NCBI GenBank assembly: GCA_002269645.1
Contig: NIVC01000527.1
Location: 186,001-250,000, forward strand
DNA from: Macrostomum lignano
Taxonomy: Eukaryota
Direction: 5' to 3'
DNA: 64,000 nucleotides
Every line of letters starts with the position of its first letter. Within the stretch, counting starts at the first letter, position 1. The notes under the pieces were generated by a model, which was not told the origin of the DNA, did not search any database, and saw only the letters and a program-made list of their open reading frames with translations. The translations under genes and the position numbers were made by a program. Below, in pieces: positions 1 to 32,385 of this stretch.

Positions 1-214
1 ATTTCATTGGCTGGCGAGAGAACTTAAAATTATCGATCGTGCCAATTTTATACGGTGGCGAGAGAGGATAGCAAAATATACAATGAATTATAAATTGCCA
101 CAAAATCGTTGGGCACTACTACAAGTAAACGTCGCAATAAACGAATGGAAAAGTTTAGTTGAAGCGGTGAAACTGAAGGGTTGAATGACTATGGAAAACC
201 AGCAGTCCAACGGC

Positions 215-628
215 CCTTTTCGGGACCACCTTAAACTGACAACGTCACACAGTTCACTAGCAAAGAAGAATACATCAGCTATTTTATAAAGACAGTTGAA
301 ATGACTTTGATAAGTTAAGAAGCCAAGCTTGCAGGCGCAAACAACTTGCTAATTGGTTCAGCTATAATGTACATTAGCCAGTCCACTGAAATGTACATGG
401 CAGCTTTAGGTTGGAATTCCGAGAAAGGCAATAAAAAATGGGGCAGGGCGGGGGGCAGTGTGGAAAGGCGCGGTTGGGGGGTTTCAGCTAGGGCGGTTTG
501 TTAAGACCCATTAAATGAGCCTTGGCTTTAAAAATGCATTAAAAAGCTTCTATTTAACTTACTACTGAACTGAAAGTAGCTTACACGCAAATGTGCTGAG
601 TGGCCCACCTAGTTATTCTAGTAATCTG
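215..628. mobile_element. MITE-like dispersed repeat, copy 1
   Basis: High similarity over about 350 bp to 41650-42048 (e.g. ccaagcttgcaggcg..aaacaacttgctaattggttcagc..tactactgaactgaaagtagcttacacgcaaatgtgctgagtggccca). Confidence 0.8.
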
Positions 629-745
629 TGATCCGGTATTAATAATAAATACCGATAAAAGTTTTGTATTTCTACTCTAAGTAGGCTGTTCAGATGCGAC
701 ACTATAATATAAAAACTCTTTAATATAAAAACCAATGACAATCAG

Positions 746-15561
<14,816 letters not shown>

Positions 15562-18308
15562 GGACTGCAACTGACTGTTTACTGTTGAAGTGCTTTTTAT
15601 AGCCCGAATCCCAACTGCATATTGCTCTAACTTAAAAATGTGCACCCAGTTTTTAGAAATAGGATATTGCTTTATTTTCACACTGCAGTACCGGACATCC
15701 CTCACAAATCAGGTCGGTTATTTTTAGAAACAGGAGAACCCCGAAAATTCATATCGAATCAGACCGGCTATTTTTAGAAACAGGAGCAGCCCCAAAATCC
15801 AATCAGGCCGTCTATTTTTAGAAACAGGAGAAGCCGGAGAATCCATATCGAAACAGACCGGCTATTTTTGGAAACAGGAAATTTCCTGAAATCTGTTACA
15901 AATCAGGCTGGTTATTTATAGAAACATGGAAAGCTCGGGAATCCCTGACGAATTGGGCTGGTCATATTTCGAAACAGGAGCAACCCAGGAATTCCTCACG
16001 ATTCCATATCAATAAAAAATCCAGAAAAATATTCTATTGTTTCGAATCTTCCCTTCCAGCGTACTTTTTCCGACCCTATTTTTATTTGCTGATGTGAAAG
16101 TCGAATTTCTGCGCATTATTGTTTAGTTATTTATCGATTTGATATTTTTGCATCCAACCATTAATTCTACTTACAATAAGAGACAGCACATTTAGCTAGC
16201 TTATTTTTGTGTGTATTTTTTATTAACATGCGCCATTATACATTAATATATATGAACTTTAATATTATCTAAAAGTTGTAATTTATGTAGCGTCGCTTCT
16301 ATAAACCTGCTTAGCAATACATATTTATTCTTTGTGCGAACCCTTCAATTAATCTTAACAAATTAATATTCTACTAAGCAGGCCTATCATATGCGCAACA
16401 GTCCCTCTTCCAGTACTAATTAAAAAAACTGGATTTTCATTTTATTTGAACTACTTAAAATGAACGTTCATTGCGATGTATATGTTAAAATTTACAAAAA
16501 TATTTGACAAGATAAAATGCACTGTCTGCATGCTAACTGTTGATCAGTAGTGGCATAAGTTGTTAAACTTTTCACATTATTACTCTTCCTAAATGTGTGA
16601 TGGAAAATTACACGAACTTATGCTATGATTTTTTCCACAGGACAGATGAATGTAAAAAATTCATTATTAAATTGCAACTTTTTTGCTACTCCTTGCCGCC
16701 CACTTTAAATTGTTCTTGTTATAAACAAAATAAATTCACATTTGCAGCTCTTCAATATTTAAGAAAAACAGCTCTACAATGTTCGTACTTTACAGTTTTA
16801 TCTGCTGCTTTTACACAATTAGTCTTGATCATTTTTTCTTTAGCACCATGGACACTTAAAAGAACAAAAAATGTTAATAAACCTTGAGAAATATCTATTT
16901 AACAACAGTGCAATGTAATGTTCAAATTTATCACCTGGAAAGCTCTGGAAAATAAGCAACTCTAGAATAAAGTTGTGAGTTAAAAAATTTAAAATAAGTC
17001 AGTTATTGACCAATATCCCCGTTTGTATAATATGCATGCGTCCATCTACAATACATGTACGTACATAACAGTACATTGTACGTGTGCTGTACCGTCAGTG
17101 TTTTGAGATAGTACATCAGCGCTTCATGACGAAAATTTCTGCTTCTATGCATCATCAAAAATTTTTATTTAGTCTTGAGTAAATACTGGCTCGATACCGC
17201 GGTTCCTTTAACGACCTTGTTCGTTCTCCCCTGTTTAAAAATTAACGAGTGAAAATAAACAATCTCGTGATTAATTATTGAAACTATTTGTGTTCAATGC
17301 TACTTCTAATACGAGCGCTAAAATGCAGTGCTATGAGCTTGTTGTTTTAAGACCGGGAACTTTCTAAGATTTGGGTTTTAAGGATCGTTACTTAAATCGA
17401 CGACGTCGAACGCATGTAGAGTTACAAATTTAAATTGTTTTCCGCGTCGTGATTTAACAAAAGTAAAGACGTAGTAAATATGAAAATTACTAAATAGCAA
17501 TAAAAAATGTAAAAAATAAAAAAGAATCAAATTTAAACTAAAAAATGTACATTAATATTTTTATTACGTCTTTAAAGAGTGCATCGAATATTTTGTTGTT
17601 CCTAGAGCTTTTCAATTCTGATTTTCGTCAGGTTTTTTGGTTCAAAACAGCGCCATCTCATCATGCTTTTGAATTGAGTAGCATCGTTAGATAAATTCTT
17701 TGTGTGAATTTTTTAACTTTAATACATTGCAAAATATGATAGCTACGTTACACTGGCTGTAAATAGTCCGTCCGTAAAAGTATTTAACTTTTTCTTTTTC
17801 AGCCATTCCATTTACTGTTTTACAGTGACAGACAGTAAAAGTAAATAAAAGTTCGAAAGAGAAAGCTGACACTATGATCTCATCATCTCAACAATCATGG
17901 CCATTAAAAGAAGTTAGGCCTAAAATAACTGATATGTTTATATTTCTTTAACCTGCCTTGAAACAAAATTGAAACAGTGACATTTAACAGTTATTGAATT
18001 TTTTATTTTCATTATTTTCATTCATTCCATATTTTCATTCCAATATTCTACAGAATTTCATTCCATATTTCTACACAGGTACAAAAATATTTTTATTGTA
18101 ATATTATGTATAACTTGTATCGTATAATTTTGTTGTCTATAGTTTTTTAATATTATATTTTTTATTTATTGAGAAAAACCATTAACATATTCTAGCACTT
18201 ATTATACAGGTTGACTAAAAGCCTAAAAACTCAAATTTACAGCTCTCGCTGTATTGACTGACCAGAAAGCAGAAAGCAGTTTTTTTATAAACAGAAGATT
18301 TCTCAAGC

Positions 18309-18802
18309 ATGAGCAAGGCCTTGCTTATTCTTATAGCGTTAGCAGGTGAGAGTGAATATTGTTCGGTTCGGACCGATTTTTTTCGCTGGAACTTATCACA
18401 GAATATTTTCCTCTGCAGCCTCCCTGCTCACCGCCGACGCTCTCAACTGCTATGCTTGCTCAAGATGCAGCGCTTCCTTTAAAAAATCGCAACAGGCCGT
18501 GCTCTCAGACTGCACCCACTGTGCTGTGAGTTTTTGCGACAGACACGATTTGCAACTCGTTAAAAGTTAAATATCAACAACCATCAGCTTCTCTTGACTT
18601 GCAGCGTACAATTTACAAAGATAGCTCCACTGTCAGCCGGTACTGCGCCAGCTTCTGTGTATCGGGCACCGACTCCTTTGGCAACAGCGTCGATTGCTGC
18701 AACAACAAAAGCTACTGCAACTCTACCAGCCAACTCGGTGGCTTCCGCCTGACAACTCTGCTTTCGGGCTTTGTTCTCGCCGTCTTCTGCTCCCGGCTGT
18801 GA
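18309..18802 (+). CDS. Ly6/uPAR (CD59-like) three-finger GPI-anchored protein, paralogue A
   Basis: Exons 18309-18345, 18419-18525, 18605-18802. Product MSKALLILIALAASLLTADALNCYACSRCS..DCTHCA..YCASFCVSG..DCCNNKSYCNSTSQLGGFRLTTLLSGFVLAVFCSRL*: signal peptide, 10 Cys, CCxxxxxCN motif, hydrophobic GPI-type tail. Confidence 0.9.
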
Positions 18803-18812
18803 GCCGGCTATG

Positions 18813-19232
18813 ATTGCTGCTTGAGTAGCCTTACAGCATCTGTGCTCACTGTGTGACTGCTGCTTGAGTAGCCTTACAGCATCTGTGCTCACTGTGTGAT
18901 TGTTGCTTGAGTAGCCTTACAGCATCTGTGCTCACTGTGTGATTGCTGCTTGAGTAGCCTTACAGCATCTGTATTCACTGTGTGACTGCTGCTTGAGTAG
19001 CCTTACAGCATCTGTGCTCACTGTGTGATTGCTGCTTGAGTAGCCTTACAGCATCTGTATTCACTGTGTGACTGCTGCTTGAGTAGCCTTACAGCATCTG
19101 TGCTCACTGTGTGATTGCTGCTTGAGTAGCCTAACAGCATCTGTGCTCACTGTGTGTTTGCTGCTTGAGTAGCCTTACAGCATCTGTGCTGACTGTGATT
19201 GCTGCTTGAGTAGCCTTACAGCATCTGTGCCA
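18813..19232 (+). repeat. 43-bp tandem repeat immediately 3' of Ly6 paralogue A
   Basis: tgctgcttgagtagccttacagcatctgtgctcactgtgtgat, about 10 copies. Confidence 0.95.
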
Positions 19233-20167
19233 ACTTTAGTAATCAACCTTTTAATCAACGAAGTATTCGAGCTCAGATTTGAGAACAGTTTCCAACTACC
19301 CAAATTTTGATTGTCTCGCCGTATAAATCTTTTTAAGCACTGCATTTTTAACAGACATTGCACGTACCTCGTCGACATGGTGATTTGCATGTATCAGCAG
19401 ATTTCAACAAAAAAATACATGTGTACATGTGTACTCGAATAAATATTGGTTCCTACTCGCTTAAACTGGCCAAATAATTTTTTTGGTCATTCAATGATTC
19501 TCTTGACCTTCAGTTAATGATTCTAATGGCATATAAGAATTCCATGATGCGCCTTGACCTCCAAGGTCAACTGTAATACATTTTGCACTTATTTCGATTT
19601 ATTGCATCAAATAAAATTCGAACTGTAAAAGTCAAAACATACTACTGACTAAATAACGGTCAAAACAGTGTTATGGATTTGTTCACTGTAAACTACGTTG
19701 GTTTTCATTTTAAATGTTGATGAATATTCTGCTGACCTTACAGGCTTGTTGAAAGTGCACAATGGCTTCCTGGTGTACTGGTTAATTTCGACTAGGAAAT
19801 TCATGCATTCGTGACTTTTTCGTTGAACAATCAAGAAGACATTTGCAATAATTTAAACCTAACAATATTTGCTTTCAGTGGCCAGTGGCAAGTAAAAGTT
19901 CCCAGGTATTGTTGCAGCTGCTGAATGAAAGCCAACGGAACCTTAGATGAAACATTTTTAATCGATTTATTCTCGTACACACGCAACCCAGCACTGTCAG
20001 ATGCATTTCAATTCCCCTTTAATGGTTCTTAGCGCTAAAGTACTGAAAATTGCTGACAAATTTCATATATATATTTGTATTCGAATTGCAGGCACAAAAA
20101 ATGAACAGTTTAAAATCTCTGTTTGAAGGCGCAAAATGCAGAATCAAAAAAGGTCGCAGAGTGGGGG

Positions 20168-20470
20168 TTGCTCAAAGCAGCAATCACACAGTGAGCACAG
20201 ATGCTGTAAGGCTACTCAAGCAGCAGTCACACAGTGAGCACAGATGCTGTAAAGCTACGCAAGCAGCAATCACAGTGAGCACAGATACTCAAGGCTACTC
20301 AAGCAGCAATCACACAGTGAGGACACATGATGCTGTAAGGCTACTCAAGCAACAATCACACAGTGAGCACGGATGCTGTAAGGCTACTCAAACAGCAATC
20401 ACAGATGCTGTAAGGCTACTCAAGCAGCAATCACAGTGAGCACAGATGCTGTAAGGCTACTCAAGCAGCA
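20168..20470 (-). repeat. Inverted copy of the same 43-bp repeat 3' of Ly6 paralogue B
   Basis: cacagtgagcacagatgctgtaaggctactcaagcagca is the reverse complement of the 18813 unit. Confidence 0.93.
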
Positions 20471-20475
20471 TTGGT

Positions 20476-20992
20476 TCACAGCTGGGAGCAGAAGACAGCA
20501 AGAGCAGCGAGCAGCAGCAGCAGCAGCAGGCAGGAGCTGCGCAGCAGTCCAGTTGAATTGCAGTAGTCTTTGTTGCTGCAGCAATAAATTCTGTTTCCAG
20601 ACGTGTCGGTGCCTGAGACACACATGCTGGCACAAATCCTACTGACGGAGTCGCTGTCAGCGTATTTATACTTCTGCGGGAAAAATATCGCATTATAACG
20701 TACTTGATTACTAGATTAACAGGTACGATTCCCTCTGCCATCAGTCCAGAATTTGTGCTGAACTCACCGCGCACAGTGAGCAGCCTGATTCCTCGTGGAC
20801 ATAATTTTTCTCGAAGTTATCGCTACATTTCGAACAAGTGTAGCACTTTCTAGCGTCAGTGACGAGAATGGAAGCTTAATGAGGCGTGTAGTTTTTCCAT
20901 GTCATTGATTATTTGAAATTGCTAAATTTTTTACTCATTTAAATTAATTACTCCTCACCTCCGAGCGCAAGAAGAAGCAGGGCTCTGCTCAT
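20476..20992 (-). CDS. Ly6/uPAR (CD59-like) three-finger GPI-anchored protein, paralogue B
   Basis: Minus-strand exons 20992-20959, 20874-20768, 20673-20476. Product MSRALLLLALGASILVTDARKCYTCSKCSDNFEKNYVHEESGCSLCAKYKYADSDSVSRICASMCVSGTDTSGNRIYCCSNKDYCNSTGLRSSCLLLLLLLAALAVFCSQL*. Exons 2 and 3 are the same length as in paralogue A (107 and 198 bp). Not called by the ORF track. Confidence 0.9.
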
Positions 20993-22270
20993 ACTAAAAG
21001 TAGAAATTAATTAAAATAGAGATTTTTTACTTTTTAGAAGTAGAATATAACATTGTAACGTATAAATGTTATAAAGAATATAAACTATAATAGAATGCTC
21101 AATTCAAATAAAAAAATTCATATCAAAACCACAAAGCTATGTCCTTTGAATTTTTTAAAAAAATATTAAATTAATAAATTAAACTGCATAAAAGAAATAT
21201 TTGCCGTTTAATGCAAAGTACTCGTAGATGTCGATTAATATCGATTTCTTTGAGTGAGTTTTAACTTAAGGTCCTTTGCATTTTTAAATTAATTATCCGC
21301 AAACTTTATGAAATAATTTGTAGTAACGTCTTTTTGACGTTAATGATCCGCATTACGTCTGTTAGCTTGATTATCTGTCTGACCCATTCAATATACATGT
21401 ACATGTTTTAAATAAACTTTTACATCATTGCATACCTTCTTTTTGTTTTCGTCTGAGTAAATTAAATACTTAATAAAACCGAGTTGAAACGCCCCGGGTA
21501 CAACAATTGATTAAATACAGCGCAAACCGTTTTTTATTAAATTTTTATCTAAAATTAAACAAAAAATAACAATTTTTTTAACCAAATTCTCTGCACTGCG
21601 CACAAACTGTCTACTTTATTAGCGTACAGCTGTCTTTTTGTTTTATTGCGCAACACACCGTATACCTTAAAGTAAAAAGCAATTGTCATGCTTTTAGAAG
21701 CTCCAAAGGCTCCGAAGGCGAAGCTCCGAATTTTTCGCACAGGTCCGACGTGCCTACTTTTAAATATATGGTTTTTAGATAATTTCTATACAGTGCCTCA
21801 ATGGAATTTTATAGCATTACGACCAAGGATCGCTGGTCCTTGAATACGACTCGTAGTCAAGCTAGCTGTGTCAGGTTGCCATTACGATCGCTATTATTAA
21901 ATGAAATATCTACGCTCTCTAAGAAGATTTGAGTGCCGCATTACCGCATGAATTAAATTAAACAATATTAACTTCAAAACTGTTGTACATGTGAGTGCGG
22001 TACGAGAATATTTGCACATTTTTGTTTACAATTATAATTATTCTCTTGCTTCATACATAGCCTTAACGAAAGCAGTGAAAAAAAAGTGCGAATCTGTGTA
22101 GAATAAAAATATATACCCGTCTAGCCTTTACCGAGATTGTATGTAAAGTCTACTGTGAATCCAGTTCATTGGGTTCATTGTACTCTTGTAATGTTGCCTG
22201 CATGTCATTAGCTACTGGACTACATGTACATTTAAAATAGGCCTCAAATACAGGTTTTACAGATGACCGA

Positions 22271-26645
<4,375 letters not shown>

Positions 26646-26684
26646 CTGTGAGCGGGCTGCAGTCTCTGCGCTCTCCCTCTACCC

Positions 26685-26692
26685 TTTATATA
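26685..26692 (-). promoter_or_regulatory. TATA box of the aPKC-like gene
   Basis: TATATAAAGG on the minus strand about 40 bp upstream of the ATG at 26645. Confidence 0.55.
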
Positions 26693-26849
26693 CAGTAGCT
26701 GGCTGCAGATACGCGAATTTCCTGTATTTGTGCTACTGCTGACAGTAGTGAAAATTGAGCATTACTTTAAAATTTTGGTTGGAAATACAAAAAATCTGGA
26801 TCTGCTTCATCGTATTTCTCAAAGCCTGTCCATTGCATACATGCAGTGG

Positions 26850-27220
26850 TATATCTCTCAGTGTATGTCTCTCAATGTGTGTCTCTCATTGTGTGTCTCT
26901 CAGTGTGTGTCTCTCAGTGTGTGTCTCTCAGTGTGTGTCTCTCAGTGTGTGTCTCTCAGCGTGTGTGTGTCTCTCAGTGTGTGTCTCTCAGTGTGTGTCT
27001 CTCAGCGTGTGTGTGTCTTTCAGTGTGTGTCTCTCAGTGTGTATCTCACAATCTATATCTCACAGTCTGCATCTCACAGTCTATATCTCACAATCTATAT
27101 CTCACAATCTATATCTCACAGTCTATATCTCACAATCTATATCTCACAGTCGATATCTCACAATCTATACCTCACAGTCTGCATCTCACAGTCTGCATCT
27201 CACAGTCTATATCTCAGTCT
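26850..27220. repeat. (CTCTCAGTGTGTGT)/(ATCTCACAGTCT) low-complexity array
   Basis: Lies between the divergent aPKC and TMEM144 starts. Confidence 0.85.
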
Positions 27221-27290
27221 ATCAAGAAGTACTTTCCTTAGAACGAGAGGCCCTGCACTCTGCCAAAGCTCACTTCTACTATAAGTCAGC

Positions 27291-27298
27291 TGACGTCA
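27291..27298. promoter_or_regulatory. Perfect CRE palindrome (TGACGTCA) between the divergent aPKC and TMEM144 starts
   Basis: Sequence match only, about 260 bp upstream of the TMEM144 ATG. Confidence 0.3.
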
Positions 27299-27558
27299 GG
27301 ATGTGCAAAGGTTTCTAAAGGCGCTAACAAGTTTGTTCATTTCTTATCTCTCTTTGGGCTTTGCTTTGCTGGCAGAGACTGTGCGCAACCCAGCAGCTGG
27401 TTGGACTCTTTTATCTAAAAAATAGCTAAATTGCAACATTCCACTGCTTTTCTGCTATTTAGACCAAGAAACTAACGATTTTAGAAGCAGTTTCGCCTGG
27501 TTGCTTGTACCTCTTGTTATTCCAAGTGAAAAAAAACATTAATTCAGCTGAGGAGATC

Positions 27559-30500
27559 ATGAGCATACTTGTGGCGGAAACTTTACAGTTGAATTCGGAT
27601 GTTGACAACTCCACACAGCCTCCTGACTGGGCGGGGTTCACCGCCACGGGGATTGCTGTGCTGTTCTATGGCAGCAACTATGTTCCAGTGAAGAAGTTCG
27701 ATACTGGAGACGGTGAGTCACTGCGGGGCTTGACGAGGGTTTTACAGACACAACTGAGGAACGCAGAAGCTGAGCTTGAAGCTTCATCAGATGGGAGACT
27801 GGGACTCAGACTGAAGCTTCATCAGATGGGAGACTGGGACTCAGACTGAAGCTTCATCAGATGGGAGTCTAGAAATCAGACTGAAGCTTCATCAGATGGG
27901 AGTCTAAAAATCAGACTGAAGCTTCATCAGATGAGAGTCTGAGCATCAGACTGAAGCTTCATCAGATGGGAGTCTGGGACTCAAACTGAAGCTTCATCAG
28001 ATGATGAGAGTCTGGGACTCAGAATGAAGCTTCATCAGATGATGAGAGTCTGGGACTCAGACTGAAACTTCATTAGATGAGTCTGGGACTTCAAACTGGA
28101 GATTCGGTGACTCAGACTAGACCTTCATTAGCTGGGAGTCTGGAAATCAGGCTAGAGCTTCATCAGGCGAGAGTCTGTCCCCATCCCGACCCCGCAGGCA
28201 TGCTATTCCAGTTCTTCCTCTGCCTGGGCATCTGGCTGGTCGGCATGGCGGTCAACGCCATCCGAGCATTCCCGCTGTTCCACCCGACTGTGCTGCTGGG
28301 CGGCGCAATCTGGACATTCGGCAACCTGTTCGCGGTGCCGATCATCCAGACCATCGGCATGGGCCTGGGCATACTGATCTGGGGCATGTTCAACATGCTG
28401 ACTGGCTGGGCTACTGGCAGATTTGGGGTGCTCGGCATCCCACCGCAGGTGCCCAACAGCCTGGCCTTCAACTATGCCGGGGTGGCCATCAGCGCCGTCG
28501 CATCCGTGCTGTTCTTCTTCGTCAAGCCGGAGGCGGAGCAGCAGCTGCCGCAGGAATCCGCCACCTTCGAGGTGGAGCCCGGGCGGCGGAGTGTGCAGAC
28601 CAGCGATCAGGTGGGTGTTGTTGATGTTGATGACATTGTTGTTGATGTCGATGACATTGTTGTTGATGATGATGACATTGTTGTTGATGTTGATGACATT
28701 GTTGTTGACGTTGATGACATTGTTGTTGATGTTGATCACATTGTTGTTGATGTTGTTGACATTGTTGTTGATGTTGATCACATTGTTGTTGATGTTGATC
28801 ACATTGTTGTTGATGTTGATCACATTGTTGTTGATGTTGTTGACATTGTTGTTGATGTTGATCACATTGTTGTTGATGTTGTTGACATTGTTGTTGATGT
28901 TGATCACATTGTTGTTGATGTTGTTGACATTGTTGTTGATGTTGATCACATTGTTGTTGATGTTGTTGACATTGTTGTTTATGTTGTTGACATTGTTGTT
29001 GGTGTTGATCACATTGTTGTTGGTGTTGATGACATTTTTGTTGGTGTTGATGACATTGTTGTTGATGTTGTTGACATTGTTGTTGATGTTGATCACATTG
29101 TTGTTGATGTTGTTGACATTGTTGTTGATGTTGTTGACATTGTTGTTGATGTTGATGACATTGTTGTTGATGTTGTTGACATTGTTGTTGATGTTGATGA
29201 CATTGTTGTTGATGTTGATGACATTGTTGTTGATGTCGTTGGCATTGTTTTTGATGTTGTTGGTATTGTTTTTGATGTTGTTGGGATTGTTTTTGATGTT
29301 GTTGGGATTGTTTTTGATGTTGTTGGGATTGTTTTTGATGTTGTTGGGATTGTTTTTGATGTTGATGAAATCGTTACTGATTTTGTTGTAAATATTCTTT
29401 AAAATACTGTTTATGTTGTGGGCATTTTTATCAACTTTATATTCGCAATCTGCTTATATTTTGTGCTGTTTTAGCGCTGTAGTTTTGCTCATTATACATG
29501 CACCTACAATTGCTCCCCTGGCAACCAAAACTTCCTAGGAAGGCTCAATCTCAGTTTACGACGACGTTTTCGCCAATCAAGAGCAGGGCTCGAGCACAGG
29601 ACTCTATCCCAGCCTGAGCGCCGGTCGCCGACGGGGCGACAAGGCACCCATAGTGAGCCAGACCGCACCGGTGCCGGCGGCGCCTCAGCAGCTGCAGAAG
29701 CAGCCGTTCTGGCTGCAGATGTCCCCATTGAGGAGAAGGATTTTGTAAGGCTGATGCTGCAATCCACCTCTCCCCATCCCTCTGTGTGCTCCCCTCTCCA
29801 CATCTCACCCCGATCTCCCTCTCTGCTCCCCTCCCTACATCTCTCCCGATCTCCCTCTCTGCTCCCCTCCCTACATCTCTCCCGATCTCCCTCTCTGCTC
29901 CCCTCCCTACATCTCTCCCGATCTCCCTGTCTTCTCCCCTCCCTACATCTCTCCCGATCTCCCTGTCTTCTCCCCTCCCTACATCTCTCCCGATCTCCCT
30001 CTCTTCTCCCCTCCCTACATCTCTCCCGATCTCCCTCTCTTCTCGCCTTCCTACATCTCACCCGATCTCCCTCTCTTCTCCATCCCTACATCTCTCCCGA
30101 TCTCCCTCTCCCTCTGCTTCCCTCCTTACATCTCACCCCGAACTCCCTCTCCCTCTGCTCTCCTCCCTTCATCTCACCCCGATCTCCCTCTCCCTCTGCT
30201 CTCCTCCCTACATCTCTCCCGATTTCCCTTTCTGCATCTTTCCCGAAATCTCAGATCCTGTGAAATTTATTGCCTGTACTGTCAAAGCCAGATAAATTTC
30301 CACCTCTATCCATCCAGCGGGGTGACCCTGTCGGTGCTTATCGGGCCCATGTTCGGCGTGGGATTCGTGCCGACCTACTATGTGCAGGCTCACGTGCCGG
30401 GCGCCTCCAAGAACGGTGAGAGTCACATGAGCTGCGATGGGTGGGGCTGTTGAGCTGGAGTCACCGATTCGCTCACACTGCTCACGTGGTCAGTCTGCAC

Positions 30501-32385
30501 TCACTCTCTATCACACTCTGGTCACACTGATCACCCCTGCTCACAATCTGATCACATACTGCTCACAATCTGATCACCCACTGCTCACAATCTGATCACA
30601 CACTGCTCACAATCTGATCACGCACTGCTCACAATCTGATCACATACTGCTCACAATCTGATCACGCACTGCTCACAATCTGATCACCCACTGCTCACAA
30701 TCTGATCACACACTGCTCACAATCTGATCACCCACTGCTCACACACTGCTCACAATCTGATCACCCACTGCTCACACACTGCTCACAATCTGATCACCCA
30801 CTGCTCACACACTGCTCACAATCTGATCACACACTGCTCACAATCTGATCACCCACTGTTCACACACTGCTCACAATCTGATCGCCCACTGCTCACAATC
30901 TGATCACCCACTGTTCACACACTGCTCACAATCTGATCGCCCACTGCTCACAATCTGATCACCCACTGTTCACACACTGCTCACAATCTGATCACCCACT
31001 GCTCACAATCTGATCACCCACTGCTCACAATCTGATCACACACTGCTCACAATCTGATCACGCACTGCTCACAATCTGATCACCCACTGCTCACGCACTG
31101 CTCACAATCTGATCACCCACTGTTCACACACTGCTCACAATCTGATCACCCACTGCTCACAATCTGATCACCCACTGCTCACAATCTGATCACACACTGC
31201 TCACAATCTGATCACGCACTGCTCACAATCTGATCACCCACTGCTCACAATCTGATCACGCACTGCTCACAACCTGATCACACACTGCTCACCCACTACC
31301 CCAAGGACTCGACTATGTATTCGCGCACTTCACCGGCATCTTCTGCGCCTCGTCCGTGTTCCTCATCCTGTACACCGTTGTCACTGGCAACCGTCCATCC
31401 GGCAGCCCGCGCATCATCCTGCCAGCCATCGTCTCCGGGATGATGTGGGGCGTCGCCGGGGCCTCCTGGTTCCTGGCCAACCAGGTGCTGTCCGAGTCCA
31501 TCTCCTACCCCATCATATCGTCCGCACCGGCCATCGTAGCCGCCCTCTGGAGCGTCTGCGTCTTCCGCGAAATCCGGGTTCGTAACAGCTACATGTACCT
31601 CATCCTGACTATGGCTACCTCATACTGACTATGGCTACCTCACCCTGACTATGGCTACCTCATCCTGACTATGGCTACCTCACCCTGACTATGGCTACCT
31701 CACCCTGACTATGGCTACCTCATCCTGACTATGGCTACCTCACCCTGACTATGGCTACCTCACCCTGACTATGGCTACCTCACCCTGACTATGGCTACCT
31801 CACCCTGACTATGGCTACCTCACCCTGACTATGGCTACCTCACCCTGACTATGGCTACCTCACCCTGACTATGGCTACCTCACCCTGACTATGGCTACCT
31901 CACCCTGACTATGGCTACCTCATCCTGACTATGGCTACCTCATCCTATGGCTACCTCACCCTGACTATGGCTACCTCACCCTGACTATGGCTACCTCACC
32001 CTGACTATGGCTACCTCACCCTATGGCTACCTCACAATACGACTAGCTACTTCACAGTGCTCCTGGCTACCCCACTCTACTGTTAGCTACCTCTCACTCT
32101 ACCCTCAGCTACCCCACCCTACCTCTAGCTACCTCACTCTACCTAGCTACCCCATTCTACCCTAATATATCTCACTCTACCCTAGCTACCTCACTCTACT
32201 CCTATGTACCTCATTTTACCTCTAGCTACCTTACTCTACCCCAGAAAACATTTCTCCACTCTACCCATTCGAATCAAACGCAAACGATTTGCCAACTGCA
32301 GGGCGCCCGAAACCTGGTCATCCTCTGCATCGCCATCTGCATGTGCACCGCAGGCAGCATTATGAATGGCCTGTCAAAAACCTGA
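27559..32385 (+). CDS. TMEM144: Transmembrane protein 144 (DMT/sugar-transporter-like)
   Basis: Exons 27559-27712, 28198-28610, 29539-29744, 30318-30415, 31306-31577, 32302-32385 (TGA), phase-consistent. Motifs FYGSNYVPVKKFDTGDGMLFQ, LDYVFAHFTGIF, WFLANQVLSESISYPII, WSVCVFREIRG. Confidence 0.93.
27772..28170. repeat. About 36-bp minisatellite in TMEM144 intron 1
   Basis: gaagcttcatcagatgggagtctgggactcagact variants. Confidence 0.9.
28612..29370. repeat. 21-bp GTT/GAT-rich minisatellite in TMEM144 intron 2
   Basis: gttgttgatgttgatcacatt; source of the spurious VVDVDHI ORF extension. Confidence 0.93.
29765..30235. repeat. Pyrimidine-rich about 36-bp minisatellite in TMEM144 intron 3
   Basis: ctctcccgatctccctctctgctcccctccctacat. 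Confidence 0.9.
30500..31292. repeat. 22-bp minisatellite (CACTGCTCACAATCTGATCACC) in TMEM144 intron 4
   Basis: Direct inspection. Confidence 0.93.
31598..32030. repeat. 20-bp minisatellite (CTGACTATGGCTACCTCACC) in TMEM144 intron 5
   Basis: Direct inspection. Confidence 0.95.

Noticed and set aside
27772-28170. Tandem repeat containing CTGATGA on the minus strand (compare schistosome satellite hammerheads)
   Set aside because: The unit has no stem II-GAAA motif.
28077-29402. 441-aa ORF with a VVDVDHI repeat fused to TMEM144
   Set aside because: A donor at 28611 and acceptors at 28197 and 29538 remove the repeats; the spliced product matches TMEM144.
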